Origin: Bdellovibrionales bacterium
GTDB taxonomy: Bacteria > Bdellovibrionota > Bdellovibrionia > Bdellovibrionales > UBA1609
Reading direction: 5' to 3'
NCBI GenBank assembly: GCA_007128005.1
Contig: SKYF01000104.1
Span: forward strand, 1,232-65,231
DNA length: 64,000 bases
Below the pieces are notes generated by a model. It had not been told where the DNA came from, made no database searches, and worked only from the letters and a program-made list of their open reading frames with translations. Shown one piece after another: positions 30,101-40,486 of the stretch (position 1 is its first letter; the number at the start of each line of letters is the position of its first letter). The position numbers and the translations under genes are program-made.

Positions 30101-31270
30101 ATGAATATTCACGAGTATCAGGCAAAAGAACTGTTGCGAAAGTATGGTGTGGTGACACTAAAGGGTCAGGTCGTGGACAGCCCCGAACAAGCTATCTCTG
30201 CCTCTAAGACAATGGGAGGCAATGTTTGGGTTGTAAAAGCTCAGATTCACGCTGGAGGTCGGGGAAAAGGTGGAGGAGTTAAGATTGCAAAATCTCCTGA
30301 GGAAGCCGGTGAGCTGACAAAACAGATGATCGGAATGACTTTGGTGACTCCTCAAACTGGGCCCGAGGGCAAAGAGGTGGGAAAGGTCCTTATTGAAGAG
30401 GGCTGCAATATTCTTAAAGAGTACTACGTTGCCGTCTTAGTGGATCGTGCCTTTGGACGGGTGACAATGATGGCAAGCTCTGAGGGCGGGATGGATATTG
30501 AGGAAGTGGCTGAGAAGACGCCCCATCTGATCCATAAGGTTGTGATTGATCCCGCAGTGGGCTTAATGCCCTTTCAGGCCCGACAACTGGCCTTTGCCAT
30601 CGGCATGAAAGACAAAGTTGTAAGTAAGGCTGTCAAGTCCTTCATGTCCCTGTATCAGGCTTTTGTCGACACCGACTGCTCAATGGCTGAAATCAACCCC
30701 CTTGTTGAGACAAAGGAAGGAGAAGTGATCACCCTAGACGCTAAACTCAACTTTGACTCCAACTCTCTGTACAGGCATCCCGGCATTGTGGAGTTAAGAG
30801 ATCTCTCTGAAGAGGACCCTGCTGAAGTTGAAGCCAGTAAATACGACTTGGCCTTTATCAAACTCGACGGCGATATTGGCTGCTTAGTCAATGGGGCCGG
30901 TTTGGCCATGGCCACCATGGATATCATCAAAATACATGGCGGGCAGCCGGCTAATTTTCTAGATGTAGGAGGAGGAGCCAATAAGGAGAAAGTCACTAAT
31001 GCCTTCAAACTGATCCTTCAGGACAAAAACGTGAAAGGCATTTTGGTGAATATTTTTGGTGGAATCATGAAGTGCGACATCATTGCCGAAGGGGTGATTG
31101 CTGCCAGCCGGGAATTGGGGCTCAATGTTCCTCTCGTGGTCAGACTTCAGGGAACAAATGTAGACTTGGGCAAGAAGCTTCTGGCTGAGAGTGGACTCAA
31201 CATCACACCTGCCGATGATCTCACCGATGCTGCTGAAAAAATAGTAACTGCTGTGAAAGGGGGTCAGTAA
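30101..31270 (+). CDS. sucC: Succinyl-CoA synthetase beta subunit
   Basis: [40 protein letters not shown]. Confidence 0.97.
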   Translation: MNIHEYQAKELLRKYGVVTLKGQVVDSPEQAISASKTMGGNVWVVKAQIHAGGRGKGGGVKIAKSPEEAGELTKQMIGMTLVTPQTGPEGKEVGKVLIEEGCNILKEYYVAVLVDRAFGRVTMMASSEGGMDIEEVAEKTPHLIHKVVIDPAVGLMPFQARQLAFAIGMKDKVVSKAVKSFMSLYQAFVDTDCSMAEINPLVETKEGEVITLDAKLNFDSNSLYRHPGIVELRDLSEEDPAEVEASKYDLAFIKLDGDIGCLVNGAGLAMATMDIIKIHGGQPANFLDVGGGANKEKVTNAFKLILQDKNVKGILVNIFGGIMKCDIIAEGVIAASRELGLNVPLVVRLQGTNVDLGKKLLAESGLNITPADDLTDAAEKIVTAVKGGQ

Positions 31271-32136
31271 TGTCTATCCTCGTCAATAAAGACACCAAGG
31301 TGATCTGTCAGGGCTTTACCGGAGCTCAGGGAACTTTTCACTCTGAACAGGCTCTCGCCTATGGAACGAAAATGGTGGGCGGTGTAACGCCTGGCAAAGG
31401 TGGAGGCCAGCACCTGGGTCTGCCTGTATTTGATACCGTTCGTGAGGCTGTGGAAAAAACAGGGGCCACAGCTTCGGTCGTCTATGTGCCCCCTCCTTTT
31501 GCGGCTGATGCCATCATGGAGGCTGTGGATGCAGAGCTCGATTTGGTCGTTTGTATCACCGAGGGAATCCCCGTCTTGGATATGGTAAAGGCCAAGCGGT
31601 TTATGGAAGGAAAAAAGACCCGCCTCATAGGGCCCAACTGCCCAGGAGTGATCACCCCTGATCAGTGCAAAATTGGAATTATGCCTGGTCATATTCACAA
31701 AGCTGGCTCTGTTGGGGTTTTGTCTCGTTCGGGGACCCTGACCTATGAAGCTGTATGGCAACTCTCACGGGTTGGTTTAGGACAGAGTTCCTGTGTAGGA
31801 ATTGGGGGCGACCCTGTGAATGGAACAAACTTTATAGATGTGCTTGAGATGTTTAACGCAGACCCTGAAACCGAAGCCGTTATCATGATTGGAGAAATTG
31901 GTGGAACAGCCGAGGAAGAGGCCGCTGAGTACATCAAGCGTGAGTTCAAAAAGCCGGTCACCTGCTTTATTGCTGGGGCAACGGCCCCCAAGGGAAAGCG
32001 CATGGGGCATGCCGGAGCCATTATCAGTGGTGGAAAGGGTACGGCCGAGGCCAAGTTTGAGGCCCTGGAGGCTGCAGGCTGCAGAATTGCCCGCAGTCCC
32101 GCTGATCTTGGCAGCACACTCAAAGGAAGCCTCTAA
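31270..32136 (+). CDS. sucD: Succinyl-CoA synthetase alpha subunit
   Basis: [26 protein letters not shown] (phospho-His). Confidence 0.97.
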   Translation: MSILVNKDTKVICQGFTGAQGTFHSEQALAYGTKMVGGVTPGKGGGQHLGLPVFDTVREAVEKTGATASVVYVPPPFAADAIMEAVDAELDLVVCITEGIPVLDMVKAKRFMEGKKTRLIGPNCPGVITPDQCKIGIMPGHIHKAGSVGVLSRSGTLTYEAVWQLSRVGLGQSSCVGIGGDPVNGTNFIDVLEMFNADPETEAVIMIGEIGGTAEEEAAEYIKREFKKPVTCFIAGATAPKGKRMGHAGAIISGGKGTAEAKFEALEAAGCRIARSPADLGSTLKGSL

Positions 32137-32186
32137 CCAAAATTTTTAAAACGTGAGACAACTTTATAAAGGATGAAGGAGAAAAA

Positions 32187-32612
32187 ATGTCTACAGAAGT
32201 CACTTTTAGCATCATCAAGCCCAATGCCGTGAAGAAGAATGCGATTGGGGCTATTATTAAAAAATTTGAAGACCAGGGTCTGAAAATCGCTGCAGCCAAG
32301 ATGGCAGTTTTAAGCCAAAGCCAATGCGAAGAATTTTACGCTGAACACAAGGAGCGGCCTTTCTTTGGTGAGCTTGTTAGTTTTATGACTTCAGGCCCAG
32401 TTGTGCTCATGGCTTTAAGTGGCGAAGATGCTGTTGCGAAAAACCGTCAAATCATGGGTGCAACCGACCCAGCAAAAGCTGAAGCCGGAACAATCCGAAA
32501 GGAGTTTGGCGACAGCGTAGGAGAAAATGCTGTCCATGGAAGTGATAGTCCAGCAAGCGCTGAACGGGAGTTGTCTTTGTTTTTTGAAAAATCGGAACTG
32601 GTAAATGCCTGA
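32187..32612 (+). CDS. ndk: Nucleoside diphosphate kinase
   Basis: [26 protein letters not shown]. Confidence 0.97.
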   Translation: MSTEVTFSIIKPNAVKKNAIGAIIKKFEDQGLKIAAAKMAVLSQSQCEEFYAEHKERPFFGELVSFMTSGPVVLMALSGEDAVAKNRQIMGATDPAKAEAGTIRKEFGDSVGENAVHGSDSPASAERELSLFFEKSELVNA

Positions 32613-32651
32613 CTGCTTTGAGGCCTAAAAGAGATATGAAGTTTTTGTGAG

Positions 32652-33440
32652 ATGAGAAAAAAGAAACGGTCTTTTCTGATTTTTGCTTTTTTAACATGGT
32701 TCGCAGTCATCTCGTTTGCTGGCTGCTCCTCAAGCCAAAAAAAGCGGGATCAGGAAGTAAACCAAAAAAGGGCCGAGCTGCATATGCAAATCGGCACTTC
32801 TCATCTACTGAACAATCGCTATCCTGAGGCCATGGGTGAATTGCTAACAGCGGTGCAGCTAGACCCTAGGAATCCACAGATCCAAAACAATTTGGCCTTG
32901 GCCTACTTTGCAAGAGGCCGATATGTAGAGTCCGAGCAACATTTTCGACGGGCTCTTGAGATCGATCCGAGGTTCACCGAAGCGCGCAATAATTTGGGCC
33001 GGCTGCTGATGGAGGGACAGAGAATGGATGAGGCAGTGGAACACTTTGTCACTGCCGTCAATGACTTGACCTTTCCCCGTCCAGCCGAATCTCTACTGAA
33101 TTTGGGAGAAGCCTATTTTCGCCAAAAAGACTACCAAAATGCCCGCACTCAGTTGGAAAAATCCGTTCAAATAAATCGGGACAGCTGCCCAGCACAGCTT
33201 TTTTTTGGAAAGACACTCTACGAATTGGGTGAGTTTAACCTGGCAGGTAAGGCTTTGGATGCAGCGATTCGGCTTTGCTCATCGCTGGAAAGCGACAAAC
33301 CCCACTTTTATTCCGCGCTCAGTTATGCAAAGATGGGGGACAGATCAAGAGCCATCGCTCGCCTGGAAGAAATGGTTTCCCTCTATCCCGAAGGATCCCA
33401 CAGGGTGCAGGCTGAACAGATGTTGGATTTATTGAAATGA
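32652..33440 (+). CDS. TPR lipoprotein, PilF/PilW/Tgl-like pilotin
   Basis: Lipobox FAGC and TPR repeats (NNLAL, EARNNLG), in the ndk-(pilF)-rodZ context. Confidence 0.75.
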   Translation: MRKKKRSFLIFAFLTWFAVISFAGCSSSQKKRDQEVNQKRAELHMQIGTSHLLNNRYPEAMGELLTAVQLDPRNPQIQNNLALAYFARGRYVESEQHFRRALEIDPRFTEARNNLGRLLMEGQRMDEAVEHFVTAVNDLTFPRPAESLLNLGEAYFRQKDYQNARTQLEKSVQINRDSCPAQLFFGKTLYELGEFNLAGKALDAAIRLCSSLESDKPHFYSALSYAKMGDRSRAIARLEEMVSLYPEGSHRVQAEQMLDLLK

Positions 33441-34297
33441 AGCAGACGGGACAATTACTAAAAAACGCGCGCAACGAACAAGACCTCTCCCTGACAGAGG
33501 TCTCCATGGCTACCAAAATTAGCCCCAAAATTTTGATGGCTATCGAGGAAGGGGATCTAAAGAACTTACCAGCCAAGACATTTTTGCGTGGATTTGTTCG
33601 TTCCTACGCAGCTTTTTTAAAAATTGACTTGGATCTTATTCTACAGACCTTCCAAGATGAAATGGGGTCGACTCTAGCGGAACCTCAAATTGAAAGTACT
33701 CAGCCAGATCCCTCTTGGGCAGGGACCCCTCTGCCTCAACTGACAGACCGAGTGAGCCTGAATAAGGTTGTGGCCGTTGCTGGGATTATTGTACTTATCA
33801 TAGCTATCGTATTCGTTCGAAGCCTTGTACAAAAGTATGAACAGGAAGCAACAATTGCTGAGCTTCCCGCTGAATTGGCCCAGATCACTACGGAAGAGGC
33901 TGATGCCGAGGTCGTCGAAGAGCCACAGGCAGAAGAGAAGCCCCCACAGGTGGAAAAACCACCTCAAGAAGAGCCCGCGGCGGCAGTCTCTCCCGCTGTC
34001 CCCACAGCTTCCCAGCCAAAAGTTCAGGAGCCACAGGTGGAAGTCCCCCCAGCAGACCCTCTCCCTTCCATGGAGGTCACTTTTGAGGCCCTAGACCGGG
34101 TTCAAATTAGCTTCCGTATAGGAACACAGCGTCCCCAACAAATTTCCCTAGAGCCCGACCAAGTTCACAGCCTGAGGGCCCAGGGAGTTTTGAATGTAGA
34201 ACTCAGCGATGGAGGGGCGGTAAATATTATCTATAACGGGCGGGATTTGGGAGTCCCCGGCGATCTGGGTCGCCCGAAACGTCTGCGCTTTCCCTAA
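33437..34297 (+). CDS. rodZ: RodZ-like HTH membrane protein
   Basis: GQLLKNAR...AIEEG...FLRGFVRSYA, one TM helix, C-terminal DUF4115-like region. Confidence 0.85.
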   Translation: MKQTGQLLKNARNEQDLSLTEVSMATKISPKILMAIEEGDLKNLPAKTFLRGFVRSYAAFLKIDLDLILQTFQDEMGSTLAEPQIESTQPDPSWAGTPLPQLTDRVSLNKVVAVAGIIVLIIAIVFVRSLVQKYEQEATIAELPAELAQITTEEADAEVVEEPQAEEKPPQVEKPPQEEPAAAVSPAVPTASQPKVQEPQVEVPPADPLPSMEVTFEALDRVQISFRIGTQRPQQISLEPDQVHSLRAQGVLNVELSDGGAVNIIYNGRDLGVPGDLGRPKRLRFP

Positions 34298-34317
34298 GTT
34301 CTTTCAGGAGCTCAAAT

Positions 34318-35547
34318 TTGAAACGCTACTTTTTTGGGTTTTTGGTCTTTTGGGTTTTTTTTCTCCTAATCTATGGGCTATTTCTCAATCGCCATGAAAT
34401 TCGAATTCTTCCTCCCGAACTGGTCCCGCGCAACCCTCCAGGCTTTTATGACTACTCCGGTGTCATACATGTTCAGTCTCATCTTTCGACTGGAAATAGC
34501 GATATTCAGAGCATTGTCCGGGCAGCTCAGCGCTCCAACCTGGATTTTCTATTTATCACTGATTTAAACACCTATGAACGGCCTCTAGAGCTATCAGGGT
34601 ATCACAATCAGCTATTGGTTTTTTTGGATGGGAAATTTTCTTATCTAAATTCACGGCTGCTCAATTTGGATGTCTCTACAATGGACCACCTCACTGGAGT
34701 TGGCCGGGCCCAGGTCGTCTTGACAGATTTACTCAATCAAACTCACCGCTCTCAACAATATGGAATCTTCGTATTGGCCCACCCTCTTAAGCACCGCTTT
34801 CAATGGACTGGAGAGTTCCCCCCAGGCCTTGATGGCATAGAGGTGATTAATTTGCGACATTTATGGCAGCAGGCCTGGCTCAACCATAGAAGCTCTTTTT
34901 TTTGGACTCTTTTTGTCTACCCATTCAATGATCGCCTTGCACTCTTGCGTATATTTAGACATCCGAGACAAGAGTTCCTTCTTTGGGATCGCCTGACACA
35001 GCAACGTCCCACACTGGGCTTCTCCGGAGCAGATGCTGGAGCAAAGATTCGTGCGGGCAGAAGATTTCAACTGGGCTTCCCCAGTTACGAGACTCTGTTT
35101 AATATTTCCCGGACTCATGTGCTCTTGCGTTCTGAGCTCACTGGACATGCAGCAGGAGATCGACAGAAAATTTCCACTGCTCTCCGAAATGGAAACTTTT
35201 TTATTAGCCTCGATAGCCTTGCAAATCCAAAGGGATTTAATGCGCTTTTAATTGATAGGCAGGGGCGAAGTCATCCTATGGGCAGTTCCATTAACTTTAG
35301 TGACGGGTTAAAAATCCGAATTCAATTGCCACAAAAACCTCTGGTTCCCTTCGATGTCCAGCTGTTTCGTGATGGGGAACACATAATGACCTCAAATTCA
35401 GTGGAGACAGAAGTTGCCATTCATAAGCCTGGAGTTTATCGCATCCAAGTTCAAGTCCGACCCTCCCTTCCACTCCCGGATGGACCAAGGTGGTTTCCCT
35501 GGATATACACCAATCCTTTTTATGTTCTTAGGGAATCCGAACAGTAA
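34318..35547 (+). CDS. PHP-fold membrane-anchored protein with degenerate metal ligands
   Basis: GVIHVQSHLSTG, FITDLN, LAHP, GIEVIN, GFSGADA, WIYTNP. Confidence 0.7.
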   Translation: MKRYFFGFLVFWVFFLLIYGLFLNRHEIRILPPELVPRNPPGFYDYSGVIHVQSHLSTGNSDIQSIVRAAQRSNLDFLFITDLNTYERPLELSGYHNQLLVFLDGKFSYLNSRLLNLDVSTMDHLTGVGRAQVVLTDLLNQTHRSQQYGIFVLAHPLKHRFQWTGEFPPGLDGIEVINLRHLWQQAWLNHRSSFFWTLFVYPFNDRLALLRIFRHPRQEFLLWDRLTQQRPTLGFSGADAGAKIRAGRRFQLGFPSYETLFNISRTHVLLRSELTGHAAGDRQKISTALRNGNFFISLDSLANPKGFNALLIDRQGRSHPMGSSINFSDGLKIRIQLPQKPLVPFDVQLFRDGEHIMTSNSVETEVAIHKPGVYRIQVQVRPSLPLPDGPRWFPWIYTNPFYVLRESEQ

Positions 35548-35812
35548 GCCCCTGTTGAGGAGAAAGCTGGCAGGCCAAGCGTTCCTTAGGTTGAAAATCC
35601 CGCATATCAGCAATTTCCTGCTCCAGCTCACTGCGTGGGGGCAGATCCTCAACAGGACTCTCTACAATCACCCGACAGGTGGTGCAAGAGCCCATCCCTC
35701 CACAAGAGTGCTCCAGCTCTAGACGATGCTTCAGAGCCACTTCAAGAACCGTCTCACAGCCTGAAAAATCGAGTGGCTTGACCTCTGGAAATATAAACAT
35801 TTGTGACTTCAT
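35528..35812 (-). CDS. 2Fe-2S ferredoxin
   Basis: HSCGGMGSCTTC and RLACQ. Confidence 0.9.
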   Translation of the reverse strand: MKSQMFIFPEVKPLDFSGCETVLEVALKHRLELEHSCGGMGSCTTCRVIVESPVEDLPPRSELEQEIADMRDFQPKERLACQLSPQQGLTVRIP

Positions 35813-35850
35813 CGGTTGAACCCATCATAGATCCTAAGGTATAAAAAATC

Positions 35851-36462
35851 ATGAGATTTATTGCTTTTGACCTTGAGACGACTGGAACATTGCCCGGAGT
35901 GGACCGGATTGTTGAGATTGGAGCTGTGCGTTTTATCGATGGAGAAGTCGAGGCTGTTTTTTCGACTCTAGTAGACCCAGGTATACCCATGCCTGAGGCG
36001 GCCTCAAGAGTGAACCTTATCACCGATGATATGCTCATGGGCAAACCTCAGATTGAGAGCCTCTTAGATCCCTTTGCAGATTTTTGCGGAGATGACATCC
36101 TAGTGGCTCATAATGCCGTCTTTGATACTCAGTTTTTGTCCGCAGATATAAAGAAGTATGAGAGCCGAGCTGGCAAAGGATTGGTCTTAGACACCTACTC
36201 CATGGCTAAAAAAGTTTATCCGGGCTTAGCGAACTACCGACTGGGAACCCTGGTGCAACACCTCGGAATCCCAAGTAGCCAATTTCACCGAGCTGAAGAA
36301 GATGCCTCCTACTGTGCCAAGCTCTTTATAAAAATGATTGAAAAAATCAACGGCCACACTGAATCCTTGCCCCCAATAGACAACTTAGTTGCCCTCACAG
36401 GACGAGATCCCCTCTACTTGCCTCAGATCATCCCCCAGCCCAAACAGCTTTCACTGCTATAA
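35851..36462 (+). CDS. DEDDh 3'-5' exonuclease (DnaQ-like)
   Basis: FDLETTG, HNAVFD, HRAEEDA. Confidence 0.9.
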   Translation: MRFIAFDLETTGTLPGVDRIVEIGAVRFIDGEVEAVFSTLVDPGIPMPEAASRVNLITDDMLMGKPQIESLLDPFADFCGDDILVAHNAVFDTQFLSADIKKYESRAGKGLVLDTYSMAKKVYPGLANYRLGTLVQHLGIPSSQFHRAEEDASYCAKLFIKMIEKINGHTESLPPIDNLVALTGRDPLYLPQIIPQPKQLSLL

Positions 36463-36472
36463 AAAAGAGTTT

Positions 36473-38143
36473 TCAATAATAAGCTCGATGGGCAATGGGA
36501 AAGCGTCTGCCTCGACCAAAGGAGTGGCTGGATAGCTTTAAAATAGGGGGGGCCTGCCACCTTTTAAACTCAGAGCCCATCATTGCTTTCAGTACCTGTT
36601 GATCCAAAGTTCCCCTCGCTTTGGAGTGACCCTCAACTAACTTCTCCACAACACCATCCAATTGGCTATAGGGGGGCAGGTGATCCTCATCCTTCTGATT
36701 GGCAGCAAGCTCTGCACTGGGTGGCCGATCAATAATGAACTCAGGTATCAGATCCCCTTCCCTTTGAAACAGCCTCGCCAAATCATAGACCTCTCTTTTT
36801 AACAGGTCCCCAATCACACAGATTCCCCCACTGAGATCGCCATAAAGTGTGCTATAGCCCATCGCAAGCTCACTCTTGTTGCTCGTGTTTAGCAACAGGC
36901 TGTGATATTTGTTGGCGTAGGCCATTAAAAAGAGCGCTCTTTGTCTGGCCTGCAAATTCTCGTGGGTCAGACCAAAGTTTCCCATACCAAAAAGCTTATC
37001 CAAGGCCTCAACTTGCCTCTCAAAAAGATCACCAATGGGGAGCTGATAACAGCCAATTCCCAAGCGCTTCGCAAGCTCATGGGTGGCAGCTAAACCCTCC
37101 TCTGAGGTGTAGGGACCAGGCAGAGTCAAAGCCGCGACACTCTCAGGTCCCAGCGCCTCTGCAGCCAAACAGGCCACCACCGCTGAATCCACCCCCCCGC
37201 TGAGTCCTAAATGAACTCTTTGAAATCCCGTTTTGCGAACAAAATCTCTGAGCCCTAAGACAATGGCCTGTCTTCTCTGCTCGGTCAGGTCCTCAGTCAG
37301 CTGATCAAGTCCAGTCTTGCCAGATCTCTTTGGTAGGTGGGAAAAATCAATGACTTTGAAATCCTCCTCAAAGCGACGACACTGAATAAGAGTTCGCCCT
37401 TTGTCATCCACAGCATAACTTCCCCCATCAAATACCATCTCATCCTGTCCCCCGACCATGTTGACGTAAAGCATGGGTGCTCCAAAGTGCCGAGCAGTCT
37501 GAGCGACAACAAACTGCCTGGCTTTGAGTTTTTCATCGGTAAAAGGGGAGGCGCTCAAGTTAACTACCAAATCAATGTCTGTACTTTGAATCTCCGCTAA
37601 AGGATTTTGTCCATAGCGGGCATAAGCAGGAGAGTAAGGACTATTCCAAGCCCAAATATCTTCACAGATGGTTACAATGAGCTTTTTACCTTTGAAACTA
37701 AAGATATTCTTTGCCGTCTCACCCGGTTCAATATGACGACTCTCATCGAACACATCATAGGTGGGAAGAAGTTGCTTGGGAAAAACCCTTGGTTTTTTTC
37801 CCTGCTGTAGGAAAAGAGCCGCATTGTAATACGCCTTTCCTCTTTTCTTTCCACTTGGAACTATGGCCCCAATAAACACTCCGATGCCTTTTGGCAGCTG
37901 CTTTTGTAAGCTGTCTAGGACCTTCATCTGAGCTTCCACAATGCTCTGTCTTTCCAGCAGGTCCATGGGATGATAGCCAAATAAACTGGCTTCCGGAAAC
38001 ACCACCAAATCACAGCCCTCGGAATGGGCCCGCTTGACCCCTCTTAAAATAAGTCTGGAGTTCTCTAAAAAGGCCCCCAAAGTGGGGTTGATCTGCGCCA
38101 AGGCAATTTTAAAAGGCACCATGGCCATGCTCATTAACATCAA
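36473..38143 (-). CDS. nadE: Glutamine-dependent NAD+ synthetase
   Basis: Nitrilase domain (FPE, K, ICED) plus LGLSGGVDS, ENLQAR, NKSE, GYSTLYGD, PPSAEL. Confidence 0.93.
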   Translation of the reverse strand: MMLMSMAMVPFKIALAQINPTLGAFLENSRLILRGVKRAHSEGCDLVVFPEASLFGYHPMDLLERQSIVEAQMKVLDSLQKQLPKGIGVFIGAIVPSGKKRGKAYYNAALFLQQGKKPRVFPKQLLPTYDVFDESRHIEPGETAKNIFSFKGKKLIVTICEDIWAWNSPYSPAYARYGQNPLAEIQSTDIDLVVNLSASPFTDEKLKARQFVVAQTARHFGAPMLYVNMVGGQDEMVFDGGSYAVDDKGRTLIQCRRFEEDFKVIDFSHLPKRSGKTGLDQLTEDLTEQRRQAIVLGLRDFVRKTGFQRVHLGLSGGVDSAVVACLAAEALGPESVAALTLPGPYTSEEGLAATHELAKRLGIGCYQLPIGDLFERQVEALDKLFGMGNFGLTHENLQARQRALFLMAYANKYHSLLLNTSNKSELAMGYSTLYGDLSGGICVIGDLLKREVYDLARLFQREGDLIPEFIIDRPPSAELAANQKDEDHLPPYSQLDGVVEKLVEGHSKARGTLDQQVLKAMMGSEFKRWQAPPILKLSSHSFGRGRRFPIAHRAYY

Positions 38144-38166
38144 AGCTTAACAAGTAAAAGAATCTT

Positions 38167-39000
38167 TTAGCTGGCATCCGTGGAGTTGCGAATCTGCAGA
38201 GCCTGAGTACCCAAAAAGTACAAAATCGCCAAAATAATCAAGGCGATGAGCATAAAGCGCAGCAGAACCCCAAAAGTCCAGGGCTCCATATCTTCACTGT
38301 CTTTGGCCACAGCAGGGGCCCTCTCTACTTTGATCAAATCCGGGCGCAGATTTTCTTCCTGTTCGCGCTTAAGAGGTGTCATGGGCCGTCTTTCACCCTG
38401 CTCAGGCAGTTTGCGCTCCTCCACCCAACCCATCTGACCGCCGCGAAGCCCCCGGCGGCGGGCCCCTGCTTGGTCGGACATTCCCGTGCCGGCAGACAAA
38501 AACCCCGTGCTTCCCGTGTATCGATCACGGCCGGCCTTTCCTCCCTCAGCCCCTGCCACCATGGTCCGCGGCCTGGAGCTTCGGCCATCAGAGACCCAGC
38601 CTCCGGGCTCTGAAGCCCGATCTCCTCCCGGGCCGGCTCTCACCCGCGCGGCCTCAATGTACTCCCTTCGACCACCATCCCCCTCTCCTCCAGCTCCACC
38701 AGACCCTGCACCACTGCCGTCCCCAGCCCCTGCTGTTCCTAGGCCTACATGAGGTCGGCCACTGGCCAATGAGAACTCGGCAAACTCCTGGTCACAGATT
38801 CCCTGAACTCCCCCTTGGGCCCCCAAGGAGGGCAGCTCCCCTGTCTCAAGAATGCAGGCCAAGTACTCCCCAAAATATCCTTGAGCCCACTGCCGAAAGG
38901 CATCGTTGAATTGATAGATCACCCCCATCATCACGACAAAGGTGATAACCAAAATCAGTAGGTACTCAAGCATGGCCTGCCCACTTTGAGAGTTTCTCAT
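38167..39000 (-). CDS. Flp/TadE-like prepilin-domain protein with Gly-rich linker and second C-terminal TM
   Basis: MRNSQSG|QAMLEYLLILV prepilin motif at ATG 39000; two Cys; Gly/Arg-rich middle; hydrophobic C-terminus. Confidence 0.7.
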   Translation of the reverse strand: MRNSQSGQAMLEYLLILVITFVVMMGVIYQFNDAFRQWAQGYFGEYLACILETGELPSLGAQGGVQGICDQEFAEFSLASGRPHVGLGTAGAGDGSGAGSGGAGGEGDGGRREYIEAARVRAGPGGDRASEPGGWVSDGRSSRPRTMVAGAEGGKAGRDRYTGSTGFLSAGTGMSDQAGARRRGLRGGQMGWVEERKLPEQGERRPMTPLKREQEENLRPDLIKVERAPAVAKDSEDMEPWTFGVLLRFMLIALIILAILYFLGTQALQIRNSTDAS

Positions 39001-39007
39001 ACCTCTG

Positions 39008-39035
39008 TCATCGGACACTGTCTCAAAAAAATTGA
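39008..39035 (-). promoter_or_regulatory. Sigma28-like promoter for the divergent prepilin gene
   Basis: Minus strand TCAAT-N15-TCCGATGA, just upstream of ATG 39000. Confidence 0.4.
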
Positions 39036-39070
39036 AAAAGTCTGTAAAAAGAGGCCATCCCACTTTGATT

Positions 39071-39131
39071 TGTCTCACTCTGAAACAAAATCGCCCTTCC
39101 AAGTGGTCCTGCGCTGTCTATGGAGTTGACA
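39071..39131. promoter_or_regulatory. Paired TGTC-N9-GACA palindromes upstream of the flp operon
   Basis: TGTCTCACTCTGAAACA (39071-39087, one mismatch) and TGTCTATGGAGTTGACA (39115-39131), followed by an AT-rich tract. Confidence 0.55.
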
Positions 39132-39310
39132 GTCAAAAAACAATTTTTGGTTTCTGAATATTTTGTGTTAATATTAAAAACAGTTCATCGCAGTGATTCC
39201 AGTCCCGTCGCCCTGACACGTCCTCCTGGAAGCACAAAAAGCCATAAAAAAACAAACGACTATAATGTGATCAACAGCCCAGACCGATAAGGGCTTTAAG
39301 GGGGTATATT

Positions 39311-39502
39311 ATGAAAAAGCTAAAGCAAACATTTCAACATCTCATTGAAGATGAGTCCGGACAAGGTGCCACAGAGTACATCCTTATTATGGTGATTGTT
39401 GTGGCTGTAGTCATCGCCTTCGGAGGAGAATTCAGAAACCGTGTTGTCGGAGCTGCCGAAAGTCTTGGCGCCCAAATCAGTGAAGCTATGAACTTTAGAT
39501 AA
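39311..39502 (+). CDS. flp: Flp family pilin
   Basis: EDESG|QGATEYILIM Flp motif; 63 aa; first gene of the tad operon. Confidence 0.9.
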   Translation: MKKLKQTFQHLIEDESGQGATEYILIMVIVVAVVIAFGGEFRNRVVGAAESLGAQISEAMNFR

Positions 39503-39530
39503 TCTTCTTTCTGACCATGGAGTTCGCAGC

Positions 39531-39725
39531 ATGACGACGGAACTGATATTACTTTTAGCCATTTACCTTCTGCTGATTGTGGGAGTGTTTTTTGGCGAAC
39601 TGGGTCCTATTGAGACCTTTCATCGGTCGGCTCCCCGCCTGGGAGCTCAGATCGAGAGAGATATCTCCATAGGCCATGAATTTCAAAGCCCCAGAGCCAA
39701 CAAAGGAGTGCGCTGGGTTGAGTGA
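39531..39725 (+). CDS. Small pilin-like protein
   Basis: MTTE plus a hydrophobic helix, GGAG RBS, between flp and cpaA. Lacks a leader Gly. Confidence 0.6.
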   Translation: MTTELILLLAIYLLLIVGVFFGELGPIETFHRSAPRLGAQIERDISIGHEFQSPRANKGVRWVE

Positions 39726-39731
39726 GGAACA

Positions 39732-40244
39732 ATGATTCATTCAGCAAGTCTATCCATTGTAGCTATTCCCGGATTGATTCTGCTCGCTGGAGTCATTGAT
39801 GACCTGCGCTCAAAAAAGATTCACAACAAACTTGTACTTGCAGCTTTTCTGCTGGCAGTGGTTAGCCAATCCGTGATTCACGGCTTAGGGGCCTTGCCAC
39901 AAGCGGGACTGGCTGTGGGAGCTGCTTTTTTTGTGAGCCTTCCCCTGGTTCTGGCTCGGGCTCTAGGAGCCGGAGATATGAAACTGCTAATGGCTCTGGC
40001 CCCACTTTTTTTATGGACAGATATCCTGTGGATGTTCTTTTACGCTCTCATCTGGGGCGCTCTTTTGGGAATCATTCGCTCCATGCTACAGGGCCAAGCA
40101 GGACAGCTTGTCAGGAACACCTTGGCGCTCACCGGACCCAATCGACCCGATCGCCAGTCTCTTCAGAGTATCCCTTTTTCCGTAGCTCTCCTCTTTGGCT
40201 GGATGACTCACTTGAGCTGGCTGCAAATGGGGGGGTATCTATGA
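39732..40244 (+). CDS. cpaA: Prepilin peptidase CpaA/TadV (A24)
   Basis: DDLRSKKIHN, GAGDMKL, IPFSVAL. Confidence 0.88.
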   Translation: MIHSASLSIVAIPGLILLAGVIDDLRSKKIHNKLVLAAFLLAVVSQSVIHGLGALPQAGLAVGAAFFVSLPLVLARALGAGDMKLLMALAPLFLWTDILWMFFYALIWGALLGIIRSMLQGQAGQLVRNTLALTGPNRPDRQSLQSIPFSVALLFGWMTHLSWLQMGGYL

Positions 40245-40486
40245 GAAACTCCTCCGGCCAGATGCTCGTAGAGACCATCCTGATTATGGCTTTGCTATTA
40301 GCTGTTTTCTTGCTTCTTGTAGGACAGTTTCGCAGCAATGAGCTGGCGGCTCGGCTTGTCACCAGCCCCTGGGTTCACCTCTCCGGACTTATCCAAAACG
40401 GAGTTTGGGGCCCTCCCTCCCAGTCCATGCTGGTTCATCCGGAAAATGTTTCTCGGCAGAGATCTGAGAGGGGGGACGACCTATGA
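40241..40486 (+). CDS. TadE-like minor pilin
   Basis: MRNSSG|QMLVETILIM prepilin motif. ATG 40241 overlaps the cpaA stop (ATGA). Confidence 0.75.
   Translation: MRNSSGQMLVETILIMALLLAVFLLLVGQFRSNELAARLVTSPWVHLSGLIQNGVWGPPSQSMLVHPENVSRQRSERGDDL

Noticed and set aside
32144..32160. TGAGACA half-site upstream of ndk
   Set aside because: Only one arm of the TGTC-N9-GACA motif is present.
39001..39102. Upstream extension of ORF 38167..39102
   Set aside because: The prepilin motif and RBS support ATG 39000; the extension covers regulatory motifs.
39228..39243. Possible sigma54 box before flp (TGGAAGCACAAAAAGC)
   Set aside because: Spacing is off by one and the match is poor.
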